NCBI RefSeq assembly: GCF_038025025.1
Contig: NW_027117344.1
Span: forward strand, 1,860,001-1,924,000
Length of the DNA stretch: 64,000 nucleotides
Direction of reading: 5' to 3'
DNA from: Phyllosticta citribraziliensis
Taxonomy: Eukaryota
Made by a program: the position numbers and the translations under genes. Each line of letters begins with the position of its first letter. The first letter of the stretch is position 1. Positions 35,301 to 48,123 of the stretch are shown here, one piece after another. Under the pieces are notes generated by a model. It saw nothing but the letters and a program-made list of their open reading frames with translations, had not been told where the DNA came from and did no database searches.

Positions 35301-38300
35301 CTTGGATACTTCCTGTCAGATGAAGCAGAAGCAGGAGGAGGGCAACAAAAAAAAAAAAATGGTGATGAACACTCAAGGTGAAATCTCACGACAAGTGTCA
35401 GAGAAACTCTCGACCTTCAACAAGAATATCCCGGGCTGAACAAAGCAGTAGAAGCGAAGATTGCACAAGAGAGGCGGGGCGATGGCAGTGCAAATGCCAG
35501 ATCTGGCCGGATGCGAACAGGCACAGCCGGCGATTAGGTTTCTGGCTGGCTGGCTGGCCGTTGGTTAGGTTCCTGTTCCGGTTTTCCTCGCGTCCGTTTC
35601 AGGTGGATGTGCGGTTGATGCCGAAGAGACTGACGCAGGGGATGGGCAGGAAAGGGGAGGGAGGGGAGGGGAAGGCCCGCTGCGGCCGGCCGGGAAGGTC
35701 CACCGTGCAACAGCGAGGTCCACCGCCGTCAGGTACCAACGAAAAGCCAACAGGGAAGGCCCTTTTGTCGCGGCACCTCTATCCAGCCGGCCACGACGAG
35801 AGACGAGAATTCTCCGCCCTGGAGTCTGATTGTGAATTTACAGCAGGTGTTGGCGAACGTCTAGAAGCCTGCCTCTCGTAGCACATGCGTCCGAATTGGC
35901 TGGCCGCGTGGGCAGCTGGTGACACAAGTGGACAGCAACTGCGAAACGCCCATCTGCCCTATCCATGCCACATGTACATATCGCATGTGCCGTACCGTAC
36001 GTACCAGATGCGCCTCTCGGATACTTGCAGAGCCGGCCAGCAGGTACGAAAACGGATTTCTCTACATACATATCTACCGTGCGAGCGGCATACATGCATG
36101 CCTGCTCTCCTGCCTTATGCCATGCCGCGACAGCTACAGCAGTCCAGACTCTGGCCCTGCGTCTCTCTCATCGAAAAGGGGGGGCCACAAGCAGCATTGC
36201 GCAATTTTAACGCGCATTCCGTGTAATCGCTCTTCTCTTTTCGCACGGCGACAGGAGCTGTGCGTCGTCGTCATCACTATTCAGTTGGCGTTACACACCA
36301 TGTGCTCTGTGGGAACGGCCTGCAGTCCATTTCTCTTGTGGGAAGACCCATTCTGGGAGAAGAGGCAGACAGACGGCAAGTACCTGATGGAGCGCAAATC
36401 ATCTCCTTTCGGCGCCATGCATGTGCCCTACGCAGATACGCTGCACCCAACGTTGCACAAGAACGCTGCTTGCATATACAGCGTGCTTGAAATTACGAGC
36501 GCTCTCGTCAAATCCCACTTGCAGATGGAGTGAATTGGCGTTGTCCTAAAGACCGTCAAAGGTACGTCGAAAGAAAAAAGAGTAGTGTTGAAAAAGAACG
36601 GACGAGGAACAGAGAAGAAGAAGTGTTCGCCAGTTCGGAGCCAGTACCGCAACACCCCACCACCGGATGCCCAACATCAAGCAAAGCGCGCAAGGCGAGT
36701 AAGTGCAAGCGTGTACCTGAGCGGACGAGCTCCCCCTGCCGGCATGTCTGCCCGCCCTGGGATGGGAGCGGACCGGCGGCCGGCGGGCGGCGCGCGCGGA
36801 AGCTTCTTTTTCTTTTGATTGCCTTGTTTGAGTTGCGTCGAGGCCTCGTCTTGTCTCGTTTGGGCAAGGCAGGCAGGCAGGCAGGCGCGAAGCTATGATG
36901 GGAGGTCGGTGGGTGGGGCTGATGCTTTGCTTGTCGCTCGAGAGAGATGAAGAGGTGCGAGGTAGGTGTTGTCGAAACATAAGCAGCTATTGCCTGTTGG
37001 TCGATTGCAACGATGAGACCATGGTTTTCTATCGTGTCCCGTGCTGAGGGCTACAGTGCTTCGCTCCATTCTACGCCCGCTGAGTTGATCATCGAAGAGG
37101 ATGATTTCTAGAGGGACATTTCGTTCGGTGTAGCAGCGGCAAAAAGAGACGCCGTCCAGCCTCTCAACCTACATAAGCATTTGTCAGTAGGTTAGGCATG
37201 TATCTAGGTTGCGATGCGGCGCTTCACGATTCGCACGACTCGCGCCTTGCATCCATTCCTCGCTTGGAGCAAAGCATCCCCCAGGAAAAGCGGCTGTTGT
37301 TGTTTTTTCTCGGCTGCTTTCAATGCCCGCCCCCGTAGCGGTCGCGGTTGCGGCGGCGCTGGATCTGGCGTCCGTCAGGAGACTTTTCTGCGGCGTTTGG
37401 GTTAGACGGGCGGGCGCGCGTGCGTGTGCACGAAGCAAGCCGGCCGTGAGTTTCTCTGAGATTAGGGATGAAGCTTTTGTCAGAGTTTCTGTGTTGGCAG
37501 CAGCTGAGCGAATGAAATGAGTCCTGACTTGGTTGGATGCGTGGTTGGTTGTTAAGTTGGTGGTAAGTTGGCGACATGTCAGACGTTGATGATGATGGAA
37601 GCGCTAGCTGCGGTTGTAAGGGTGGCACGTATCGTGATGTGTAGGGAGCGAAGTCTGACTGTTGGAGAGCACTGCGCTACCTTCGATCCAACGACCGTCT
37701 GTCAGAGACTATTTGGAAGACAAAGGGCGGCGTGTAGAGCGACGGGCGTTCCCGTGCAGCAATTGGTGCCGCGCGTGTTCTATCGACAGCGACAGCTGGC
37801 CAATCAATGACCCACGCCCGAAGCCAGAGTGCATGTCCCCCTCCCTCGAACTTTTGGTCGTCAGTTGGGAAATCTACAGAAAAACCTCCGCTGCCACACG
37901 TGGGCCGATTCAGGAACAGACGACGTAAAAAAAGCAAGCGCGCATGCGCCGTATTCCCGAGCAACGCCTGGACCTCCCCTCGCTCTCGCTCGCGCGGCGC
38001 TCCGGGCCGGAGGAGGCTGCCGTACGAATTAGGAGACGCCTCGGCAGCTAGCCAGTAAGTCTCTTGGTTTGAAATCCACGTGGGAGTGGGAGGGAGGGGC
38101 GACGCGCGCAAGGGGGGGGCGAGAGACCAGGGGTAGCAGAAGCCTGTAGGTAAGGAGGGCACGTTAGTGAACGTGAGAAGAAGGAAAAGACGCACGCGCG
38201 CTCGCTCCTGGAATGCCGTGGCGTCGCATGCAGTGGCAGGGAGGGTGGATGTTGTGGCATAGGGTTGCGAGGCAGGTGTCTTTCTCCACTCCACCTACAC

Positions 38301-40976
38301 GCGCCGTGAAACGAGGACCGGAGACGCGCGGGACGCACAACAGGGCGAAGTTTAGGGCAGCGCGTGGATGGACGGACTGGGACGGGCAAGATGTTGATTA
38401 CTGGCTGGCTGGCTGCCGTAGCTGGAACTGGGAATGCAAGGGAGATGAGAGGTATGTAGGTGAGGGGAAGACGCAGCTGGTGCAAACGTGCGGAGATGGT
38501 GGGAATGCATCTGAGTCGAGTCGCATGGGTCTTGCATTCTGGTTTCGCGATAACCCGTTGCCAAAGCGAGTGGTGACGTTGTTCGCGTGTGCTGAACGCG
38601 AATACAGAGCATTTCGAATTGTAATGAGCGTGGTCCTCAGGTGGTCGATGATGAACATTTGCCGCATTATCGGCTCTCGGCAGGAGAGCGAGCCGGCCTA
38701 CACAACTCCAGTTAGCAGCCCAATCTCGATCAAGGACTGAAGCATCGCAACCACCATCGTCATCGGCGCGTGGTGGTTGTGTTGCTCGACGGCCGCGACG
38801 TTTTGAGTGCCCGGCAATAACAGAATGGCATTATCCACGCTCAGATGAAGCAAACCCGAAACATGGACTTGCTCCGTCTTACATGCCTCGCGTTGAGCGG
38901 CGCGGCGAAACTTTGTCGACAGCCTCGCTCAGCTTCCCTGGACATCAAACGGGGCTGCTCCACCATGCACTTGGTGCATCGAGGGCAATCGGCTCACCCA
39001 GGCATAGATTGCAGCGTGTTAGCCGAGGGATTTGCGTGCCTAGACGATCCATGTCTGCCGACCACAACAACTGTCTGTCCAAGTCCCTTGGTCTCGGCGC
39101 GCAGCGAGCGATCCTGGGGAAGGTGCAGGCATCCACACCGATTGATGCGGCACACTCCATGGGGAACTGGCCATCGTCGGAGATGGGGGTTGCTCTCAGC
39201 GCCGGGGCTGGGGCCGGGCGCGGTTGTTCCTCCAGGTCCAGTACAACTACTGCCACAGGCGGACGGCAACTGTCAAGTCTTGCGTCGCCTGATGGCTGCG
39301 GTCAGCAGCAAAAGCGGGAGCCATCGCTTTGTCTGCATCCCGCGCGTGCAGCGGCCCTGGCCGTCGACTGCGGATCAGTCATCAACATGGCTGATGCAGA
39401 CGGTTGTGGACCACTAGTTGCGCAGCTGATACGCGCGGATGGATGTAAAGGGAAGGACTGCCGCTAGAATGCCGCGGCTCTTGGATAATTTGCAAACATG
39501 GCACGAGGTCGACAAGGCGCAAACGATGGTGCGTTTGATGCCAAGCAGGCGAGGGAACAAGTATACGATGGCGATCCGAAGACAGCCGGTAATGTTTTGA
39601 TGTCGCGTTGTATACGCGTCTCGTCTCGACGCTCGCCCTGCAAGGCAGAAGCGGCAGCCAAGGTGAGGCCACAAACGGCCATGGGCGGAAGGGCAATCAG
39701 GTCGAAGAGGGTTGCTGGTCGGGGTGATGGATCATGTCGGGAAAGCCATGCGACATCAGCCGGTTGCGGACCAGAGCCGTTGTCTCCGTGCTTGTCCGGA
39801 GGGCAGCATCAAATGGGAGAGAGGCTGTATTTTGTTATGCAGCTCAAGCTCGCAGGCGGCGGGCCGTGGAAAACGGACATGGAGGTTCCATGTAGTGTGC
39901 ATGAAGAAGAGCAGGTGGTGTGGGGTGGAGAATTAAGGCTGCCAGCGAGGCGGGAGCTTAAGGCCCGTCTGGGCTGCCGAGTCGATGTGGCCACGTCAGG
40001 ATGGAGTTGCAAGAGGAAAACTCCACATTGGCGAAACAGGCCGGAGAAGCAGGAAGCGGCCAAGGCGAGACGACCTGAGGTGGTCGTGGTGCGAAACGTG
40101 ACGGGTGTCGCGCGTTGGGCAGATGAGCAGCGGACGAGGCGCGTTGCATCTATCTCGAACGATCGGATATCCATGCAGGGTGGCAGAAATTGCGGGCCGG
40201 GCCTGTCGGGATGTGATGGGGCGGATGGATGGATGGGTGTTGATGGTTTTCGTCAGGCCAGTTGTTGTTGTGGTGGGCAGAGTTACAGTAGGTTGAGAGT
40301 TTGTGGGTGGGCGGGCAGCGGCGGGCGGGCCGGCCGTGTTAGGCAATCAGGCAGGTCAGTCAAGTCAAGATGGCGGTGGAGGGGTGCACGGCAGCGCGCC
40401 GCAGTTCGCTCGGCTCGACACGACACGACACGACACGGCGGGACCGGGATGGGGCGGGCTGGCGGCGCCGTCCGCGTCTTGACATGCGGCAAAGACGGCG
40501 AAACGGGGCGTGCAAAACAGCGACGTGAGAGGCGCAGCACTTCAACTGCGGTTGGGGGCCGGCAGAGGCAGAGGGAGCCGTGGTCGTCTCGCCTCGACTT
40601 TTTCCACGTCGATTGTCCGGGCCCAGCACGCCCGAGAGCATGACGAAGAGTCGCACGTGATGAGGTCCGGCAATCAAATAAACTTTCTGCTGCGGACGGG
40701 CGCAACCTCCCGAATGCAGCCAAACGGGACCAAGGGGCGACGGGACAGGGGGTACACCAGGCACCTCGCTGCCCCCTGGCCCCTGCCCCCTGCACCTCTA
40801 CGTGCCCTCATCCCCCCATGTCGTCCATTCCGCTGACCCTTGCTTGACTCTCACGTGACCGGTCGGCCATGCAGGTAAGTGCGGGTAGCAACGATCCAGC
40901 TTGCCTGATTCGGCCTACCCCCCGTTTCACCGCCGCCCTTAATCGGGCCAACTCAGCACATCAAAACTCCATCCCA

Positions 40977-43900
40977 TCACTGCTCAGCCTCGCCCTCTTC
41001 GTCTTCCTCGTCGCCGTCGTCCGAGTCCGACTCGCTCTCGCTCTCGCTCGCTGGCTCGTCTGGCATGACGACGTTGTTGACATATGTGATCTGCATCCCC
41101 CCAATCAACCGTGTCAGCCGTCCTGCTGCTGCGCAAGGTCTTTTCTCACCGCTTGTGGCTGCCCGCGTCCAATCCACCATCATCCCCGCTCGATGCGGCA
41201 CCACCCACAAAAGACAGGTAACATGATGATGGTACAGCCCGCTGCGCTTACACGCGCTGCTCCAACCAACACTTTTAGGCTTCTGGCGGCACATTCAGCC
41301 AGCAAGTCATTCAGCGCAACCGCTCTCGTCAGGCCTGCCACTGCTTCCACATCATTGTCCACATCATCGCCATCATCATCATCATCATCATGTGTCTGTC
41401 TCTTGAGTGATGCCACGCCGGCTCCCGCGGCTGCTGTGCTGCTGACCTGTTCTCTCGGCCGCCCTGCACTTGCATCCGCTGCAAGGGCTCGAGGGCAATG
41501 GAACGGGGAAGGGCTATGCAACTTACGAATGGCACCATGTCCGCAACTATGCCGCCGACTCGCTCTGCAGCCTGGCCCGTCCCAACGATTTCTGAATCCT
41601 TCAAGCCTTTGACAATCGTGAAGCGCCTGAGCCGTAGGAGCGCAATGTCCTTGTGCTTGATGTCATATCCTGCTGGACTGTGCCCAAAGTCAGCCTTCAT
41701 GATCCAACTTTGCAACCAACCCCACGGCTAGGCCCCTCGTGAGAAGCAGATGGGCGTCCCAGAGCTCGACGTCCCCCACTGTGTCGCAAGCCCGAGGCCC
41801 GGAGTGACTTGTTCAGGACAAGAGTTCAACCCGCACGGCGCCTGCTGTTTTACCCCTCTCCGATGCTGGGAGACCGCGTCGTCTGCTCCTCGAGACAAGG
41901 AGTGTGGTGTCTCGGTGGCTTCGGTCGTTGCCCAAGAGCGGACCGGCCCAGCGGAGGTGGATCCCGGCTAGAGATAGCATCGAAATCTTCTTCGCCCATG
42001 ACCGTTTCTGTCCGCCGTGCTGACATGTCGTCCCATCCATCTGCTGTCTCGTGTCTCCTGATTGCAAACATCAATGTGTCCTCGGCGGACGTGGCCTCGA
42101 CGCATGTCTCCGGGACAAGTGCCTTGCGACGTCGCCACGCACCATCATCCTCGCAAGCCCCTCCCCCGACCCCGCAGGACGCTGGGAGCATCGAACTTGA
42201 AGGAAATCGTTGTACTGACCATCTCACGAGGGCATTGTCATTGTTGGCCTCGATAAAGGCTCGAATCACCTTGTTCTCGTCCTCGCTATCCACGCCGAGT
42301 ATGCCCTTGCGAACCCTCTTGTCCATGAGCACGCCCTTGAGCCTCTCGGGATGCCTGTCAATGTCGCGTCGCAGCCGCTCGAGTGCCGTCTTGTCCGGAT
42401 TCCAGATGCCGCCGCCTAATGCGTCTTCTTGTTAGCAGTACACAATGGTGGATAAGGGTTGGAGATGGATGAGGGCAATTAAGACAAAGTGGGGAGATCA
42501 AGCCATTGCAACCGAGGTCAGCTTTTGCCTGATGTTCTAGCCATGGCGAGCCTGCCAGGCTGCTGGTACAAGTGCAAAGTGAATCCTTGAGCCATGCCTT
42601 TGTCACTGGTTGATGTGCCGGGCAGTAAGCAGACTGGCAGCCGTAGACTTTTTCGGTCTCCTCAGGGGCTGGCACTGGTGGCGGGCCGAAATGCAAATTG
42701 CTGCAACCGCGATCGCGACCGCGGCTTAAACAATGGCCAAAGAGCTCGCTTGCATCCCGACTGTGTCCATAACTTTGAGGAGTAGCCGGTGCTGGCGTGT
42801 CCGTCGATGAAGATAGAACACAACGGTTGGTATTGGGCTTGTAGCCATTTCACGGCCGTCGCTGGGCTTGATTCGAATGACCCACGGAGACACTGACACC
42901 AGTATTTGATGAGCCGCTGGACCCACCACTCAGCCTGGACAGTATGTTGCCCAAGGAAAAGGCTGATTGACGGTTGGGTGAAGGTTTCGAGACTGTCAGC
43001 GCCACTTGTTGTCACCTAGGTCTCAAGACGTCCACGCCGATGCAGCGGTAGAATCAGGCCTCTGAGGTAGGAAAGACGGCAGTGCCAGTGCCCACGCCAA
43101 AATGTCGCTGGGCATCTAGCCGCGAACATCTCCACAAAGCGAGTGCTGGTTTGAAGAGTGCATCCGATTCCTGTGGTCCGCTGCATCATTCTCGAACGCA
43201 CGCTGCGTCCCACCAGAGCCGCTTGATAGCATCCTTCACTTAGGGCACGGATCTGGGAAGGCACACAGTATGCGGGCCTCTCGTCCACAACGACTTTTGC
43301 ACCGCATCCTCGGCTTCAGTCTGATCGAGCCACAATTGAGAAGCGACTTTGCCCATCGCCCGGACTCGGCCGGGCCACGAACGACAGATCGAATATGCAG
43401 CCATGGAGAGTGCGGCCGGACGACGGCAGTCAGACATGGGACAAATTGACTGTCCCGTCGAATGCCACCTGAGTGGGGCGCGCAAACGCAAACGCAGTCG
43501 CCGTCGCACTGCGTACAAGCCCCGATGGCCGTTGTCTGCTGACCTCCCTTTCCGTTACTACTTGCAAAAGTGTACATGAAAGGACTGTCGCCCAGTTTTG
43601 GTGTGACTCTACCTTGAATAAGTGCCACAGCAGTGTGACGAGACGGCTTCAGCTCTCAGCGCCCACCGCATGGTTATCTGACAGCCGTGAACGTAGCGTG
43701 GCTCATGTGCCACAGGGCCGCATCATTTAGATGGCGTGCAAAGAGCATTGGTCCAGCAATCGCCCTCGGCGTCACCCTTTGCCTATCGCGCGCGTTGCAC
43801 GACAGGACACGCCCAAGAGTCCGACCAACGCTGCGTTTTTGCGGCTCATTTGGAATCCACCTTGCAAGGCGTATGCAAACCACGTCCCTTGCCTGACGCA

Positions 43901-45181
43901 ATTCGCTCCTTTTTTTGATTGGGGATGCGGCCGTCGACGAAAAAGAACTCACTCACCGACTAGACTGGCACCTGGCTTGACCTGCAGGTAGTACGCGGCG
44001 TACGGACCTTTCCGTCCGGTCCGGGACCTATGTAGAACGGCTTCAGTTGCAGATTTCTCAAGTGTGGCGCACGGGAAGCAAACCAGGCCGCGGAGAATAA
44101 CGTCTAGAGTGGGTTAGATCGAATCCTACCGGACGGGGGTGCGTGAACGGAACCTTGTATGGTGTTGGGTCAGACGTAAATCTTATGTCTCTGTGGATTC
44201 GGAAGACCTGTACACTGTGCATTAGCTTTACCACACCCCCAACGGAAGGCGCTCGAGCACCTACGACGTCCTTGATCGGCAGCTCTGGAACCGTGTCATC
44301 TGCCTGGATGACCTTTTCCGTGAGGTGCTCGACAAACGAATTGAAATCCTTCAGGGATTGGCGATAGTCGGGATCGTGCACTGCATACGCCCACCATGTA
44401 TTAGCCTCGGGAGGTGCGCTTCTCGACCACCTTGCAGTCCAATGTCTCAGCACTCAGACGGCGGAACACGTGTTCAACGGTCCTTTGCGGAGGCAATGCG
44501 ACTGACTGAGAGCAGTGGTTTGGGTGCGGGTACGTACAGGCAGAGCGGGCAGGTGGTCAACATTGATTGCCACAGGCCCGTCCACCATTGCAGAATGTGG
44601 GGATGCTCACTTTTCATCCACTCTCGATCGTTGTTATTGGCCAGGTCTCGCAGGAACAGCAGTGTATTCGGGTGTATCGTATCATCTCTATACGGGGTGT
44701 TGCCAGCTTCCCTGGCCTTGGGCTTCTTGATGATCAGCTGCTTGTCTGGAGAGAGCCCCGTTGCCACACCACTCCTCCAAAGCTCATTGCCCTTCTTGCT
44801 GGTTGCCTTTGCTGCAACGGCGACAGCGCCGACCTTGCTCGTCCGGCCCCTTCTTTTTGGCTTGACCTCCTCTTCGGAAGAAATCGCGTCGTCCTCGGAT
44901 TCTAGGGACGTTGCGTCTTCGACCTCGCTCTTGTGCTCGTAGCCAGAGTCCTCATTCCCAGTAGAAGCCTCGGCATCAGATGGCTCAGGCGACTGCTGCT
45001 CTTCCTGGGCGCTTTGCGACGCGCGCTCGAAGTACTTGCTCTCCTTGGGCGTGGCCGTGGAGCTTTGGGCCCTTGACCGCTTGGATTGCCGAGTCGGCGT
45101 TTGTCTGGGCGAAGCGGCCCTCTTCGCGGCGCGGGTCGAGGCGGGAGGTGCTGCTGCTTGACGGGCCGATCGACGGGGCAT
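40977..45181 (-). CDS. DUF2461 (TIGR02453-like) family protein, 8 exons: 45181-44611, 44380-44265, 44207-44154, 44103-44084, 44027-43957, 42415-42220, 41677-41527, 41090-40977
   Basis: Spliced product: low-complexity basic/acidic N-terminus, FLRDLANNNDREWMKMH, FRIHRDIRFTSDPTPYK, FSAAWSRTGRKGPYAAYYLQ, GGGIWNPD..LERLRRDID, ALVRCPAGYDIKHKDIALLRLR, PFITYVNNVVMPD and an acidic tail. All junctions are GT-AG and phase-consistent. Confidence 0.82.
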
Positions 45182-45413
45182 TGTAATCGTGCTGTAGATG
45201 AACCAATTGGCAAGTCGATAACGGTTGCGACGATGCGGTGCTTGAGCTTGGTCGATAGTCAGTGCTGGCCGAGGAACCTAAGCGACGGATGACGCACTAG
45301 ACTCGACGCGTCGTCGCGTCCGAAACTCCGGTCACACGGTTCCTTGTCCCTCACCTTTGCATCGCTCTGCCGCCGGGAACAAAGAAACAAAGATACGGAA
45401 TACTGCATACGTC

Positions 45414-46413
45414 ATGTCTTCCGGTTTCCTGGCCAAAAAGCAAAAAATTGTCGACCACCTCGACCAGCCTATCAATGAGTACAGCGACCTATCTCCAAAG
45501 GGCTCAGTCGACCAGGGCATCAGAACCCTGATTGACGAAATCAACCAGCTTGGAGGCCTCGTCACGACAAGCAGTTGCGCAGGTCGAATCAGTGCGTTCC
45601 TCGAGGGCAGGAAGAGGAGCTCCCCTGCACAAGATTCCGCGACGCGCGAGGCGCCGCATGAGCAAAGCATCGCCGGACCAGGTGGAAAAGGCGGTGGGCA
45701 ATGGCTTTTCGTGTCTCATGATGCAGTCGAGCTTCCTTCAGACGTCATCGACAATTACTGCTCGACCTTGTTCGGGCTGCAAGAGGGAGCTAAGGCCGTC
45801 CAGCGTGCTAAGCATCAGGCAGGACGGAGATATGTACATCTCAAATTTGAGGCCATGGTATGTCCACACCGCAACTACTCGCAAGGTGCCTCGCAAATCC
45901 CTGACCGGCCAGATACTGCATCTCTTGACTGCCTCGCTCGATGACGCGCAAAAGGTGCTTTCGGCCGCCTTGCAAGCCGGCTTTCGAGAAAGCGGTGCCG
46001 TTGGACTGGCCACCAACGCCGATGGTTCCGTGACGCCCATGGTTGCTGTCCGTTCAATAGGCCTCGCCTTTGACGCTGTTGTAGGGTACGAGAACGACGA
46101 TGATAAAATGGTTGCCGTTGTCAGCGAATCCTACCTGCGCTCATTGGTCGAGCTGGCAAACGAGAGGTTTGCTGTAAACACGGATCGAATTGAAAGATTC
46201 AGATCTCACTTGCTCAAACAGTATGAGAAAGATGGTCAAACTGCCAAAGGCAAAAAGAGCGGTGTTGATTGGGAAGACGCAGCCGCAAGAAGAGAACGGA
46301 AGCGAGCAGAGGGTTTGAAGTTGCAGCAATCCAAGGCCGAGCAAACAAGACTGTCAAAGCAAGACTGTCCTGAATCCAACGATGATGTTGCGCTGGAGAA
46401 TGTGTTTGGCTGA
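45414..46413 (+). CDS. TYW3: tRNA wybutosine-synthesizing protein 3 (methyltransferase). Intron 45858-45912
   Basis: DLSPKGSVD, TTSSCAGRISAF, WLFVSH, HLKFEAM|ILH, AGFRESG, MVAVRS. Confidence 0.92.
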
Positions 46414-46628
46414 AGGAGAGATGTAATCCAGCCAAGAGCAGATTAGTCTCCGTCCGGCATGATTGCAGCCAATAGGAGACTTCCGTCTGCCACGCACCAG
46501 GCCACAACTTCCCGAACTGTTTACAGCTCTGGAGACTGAACAAGTCGCGAAGAGATATAAAATTGCAGTATCAGCACGGATTGAAGACACATTGAGAAAG
46601 CTAAAGACACGACGGAGTTGAATTGACA

Positions 46629-47432
46629 ATGGCGACGAGCACTGAAGCCAATCGCGCTTACTTTGAGTTGGTTCATCGCGCGAGTCTCGTCTCCCGATTG
46701 CTAATCTTTACTACAGCAAGCAGGCTTCCGAGTATGACGCCCAACCATGGCAGAAGGTCATGAGCGCCATGATTACTCGTAATATTCATGACCGCTGCGA
46801 CTGGCTTGGGTTGAAAGAAAATGCCGGAAAGGAAGTGCGTCTGCTCGACTACGCTTGCGGGACGGGTCTGGTATCACATGTGCGAGATATTCCATTCCGC
46901 CATATCTATCCCAACTCTTATCAAGAAACAGTCTCTCTGGCCTCGCATAACTCAGAGCCGCGGTATTGACCTCTCGTCCAACATGGTCCAAGTCTTCAAC
47001 TCCCGCGCCGAATCCGCGGGCCTGACTCCCGAGCAAATGAATGCCGTTCAAGGAAATCTCCTGGGCGAAGAGCCAGAACCGCATCTCTCAGACCCAGCAC
47101 TCTTCAATTTCGACGTCGCAGCTGTTGGCCTGGGCTTCCACCACTTTGACGACGCGCTCAAAGCCACGAAGCAGCTCGCAGGGCGCCTCAAGCCCGGCGG
47201 CGTTTTCTTCATTATTGATTTCGTCAATGACCGCGAGCAGGAGTTTCCACACGAATGGAAGGGCATCATTACTATCAATGGATTCAATGAGTCTGGCATG
47301 CGCACTCTGTTTGAAGAGGCGGGACTTGTAGATTTTGGATTCAGTGTCTTTGATGAGCAGGCTGAGATGTACGGGGGTGGTGAGAAGCGTGTGAAGACGG
47401 TCTTCATGGCTAAGGGTGTTAAACCGCAGTGA
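46629..47432 (+). CDS. Class I SAM-dependent methyltransferase, two introns (~46667-46716, ~46880-46931)
   Basis: Motif I LLDYACGTG, GIDLSSNM, GFHHF, LKPGGVFFIIDF. Confidence 0.85.
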
Positions 47433-48123
47433 TCTTTCAATCGGAGGTTTCAGCGCTTGTGAGGAATTTCTTTTGCTTGAATATTTGTTTCGGATTCGTC
47501 TTGTTAATTTCTGGACGGTTTTGAAAAACACAATCAATGCACAGCGGTCGATTTCCGCGACAGCGCATACCTGGGAGCATTGTTAGCCAGTGACAACTAA
47601 TTCTCGTCAGTCGATCGATTGAAGGAAGTGGTTTGAATGTTCTAACCGGAAGGAAATCGTCGAAACAGACCGAGGCTTGGTGGCAAAAGTCGTCGCACAC
47701 ACAACCCCCCAATCACTACTCGATGCTTGGATGCTCCCCGTCAGTCGCAGTTACAGTGTAAGTATGCTCCCTGTCAGTTATCAAATACATAGAAATCATG
47801 AATATCCCCTCGTAGGCGAGACCGATTTGTGTGTGCTATTGTGTGTGCCACGACTTTTGTGACCGAGCCTTGGACGTTGCCCAAAAATTGTGGCAAAGTC
47901 GGGAAAGAGAGCAGGGCAGGAAATAACCATAAGCCTCTCGATACATGGACATTAAACGCACAAAAATCTTTACTTTTCAACCACGACTTGGAGCAAAGCA
48001 TCGAACAGACAATGATTCTATTGCTCAAGCCAGTTCTATTCATAAGGTACACTACATGACATCGTTAATTGCATCAAAGAGTAGCATCGTTCTCATCAAG
48101 CGTCACTTTTGCCGTCAACACAT

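Noticed and set aside
39498..40643. 381-aa plus-strand ORF in the gene desert
   Set aside because: R/G/C-rich composition typical of GC-rich non-coding DNA, runs through microsatellites, no domain recognised.
21000..41000. CRISPR-like array, transposon or RIP-affected DNA as the explanation for the non-coding stretch
   Set aside because: Repeats are simple microsatellites without spacers. No transposase/RT motifs, terminal repeats or AT-rich RIP signature seen.
41850..42332. 160-aa standalone ORF
   Set aside because: Its first part is exon 6 of the DUF2461 gene; the rest is read-through into an intron.
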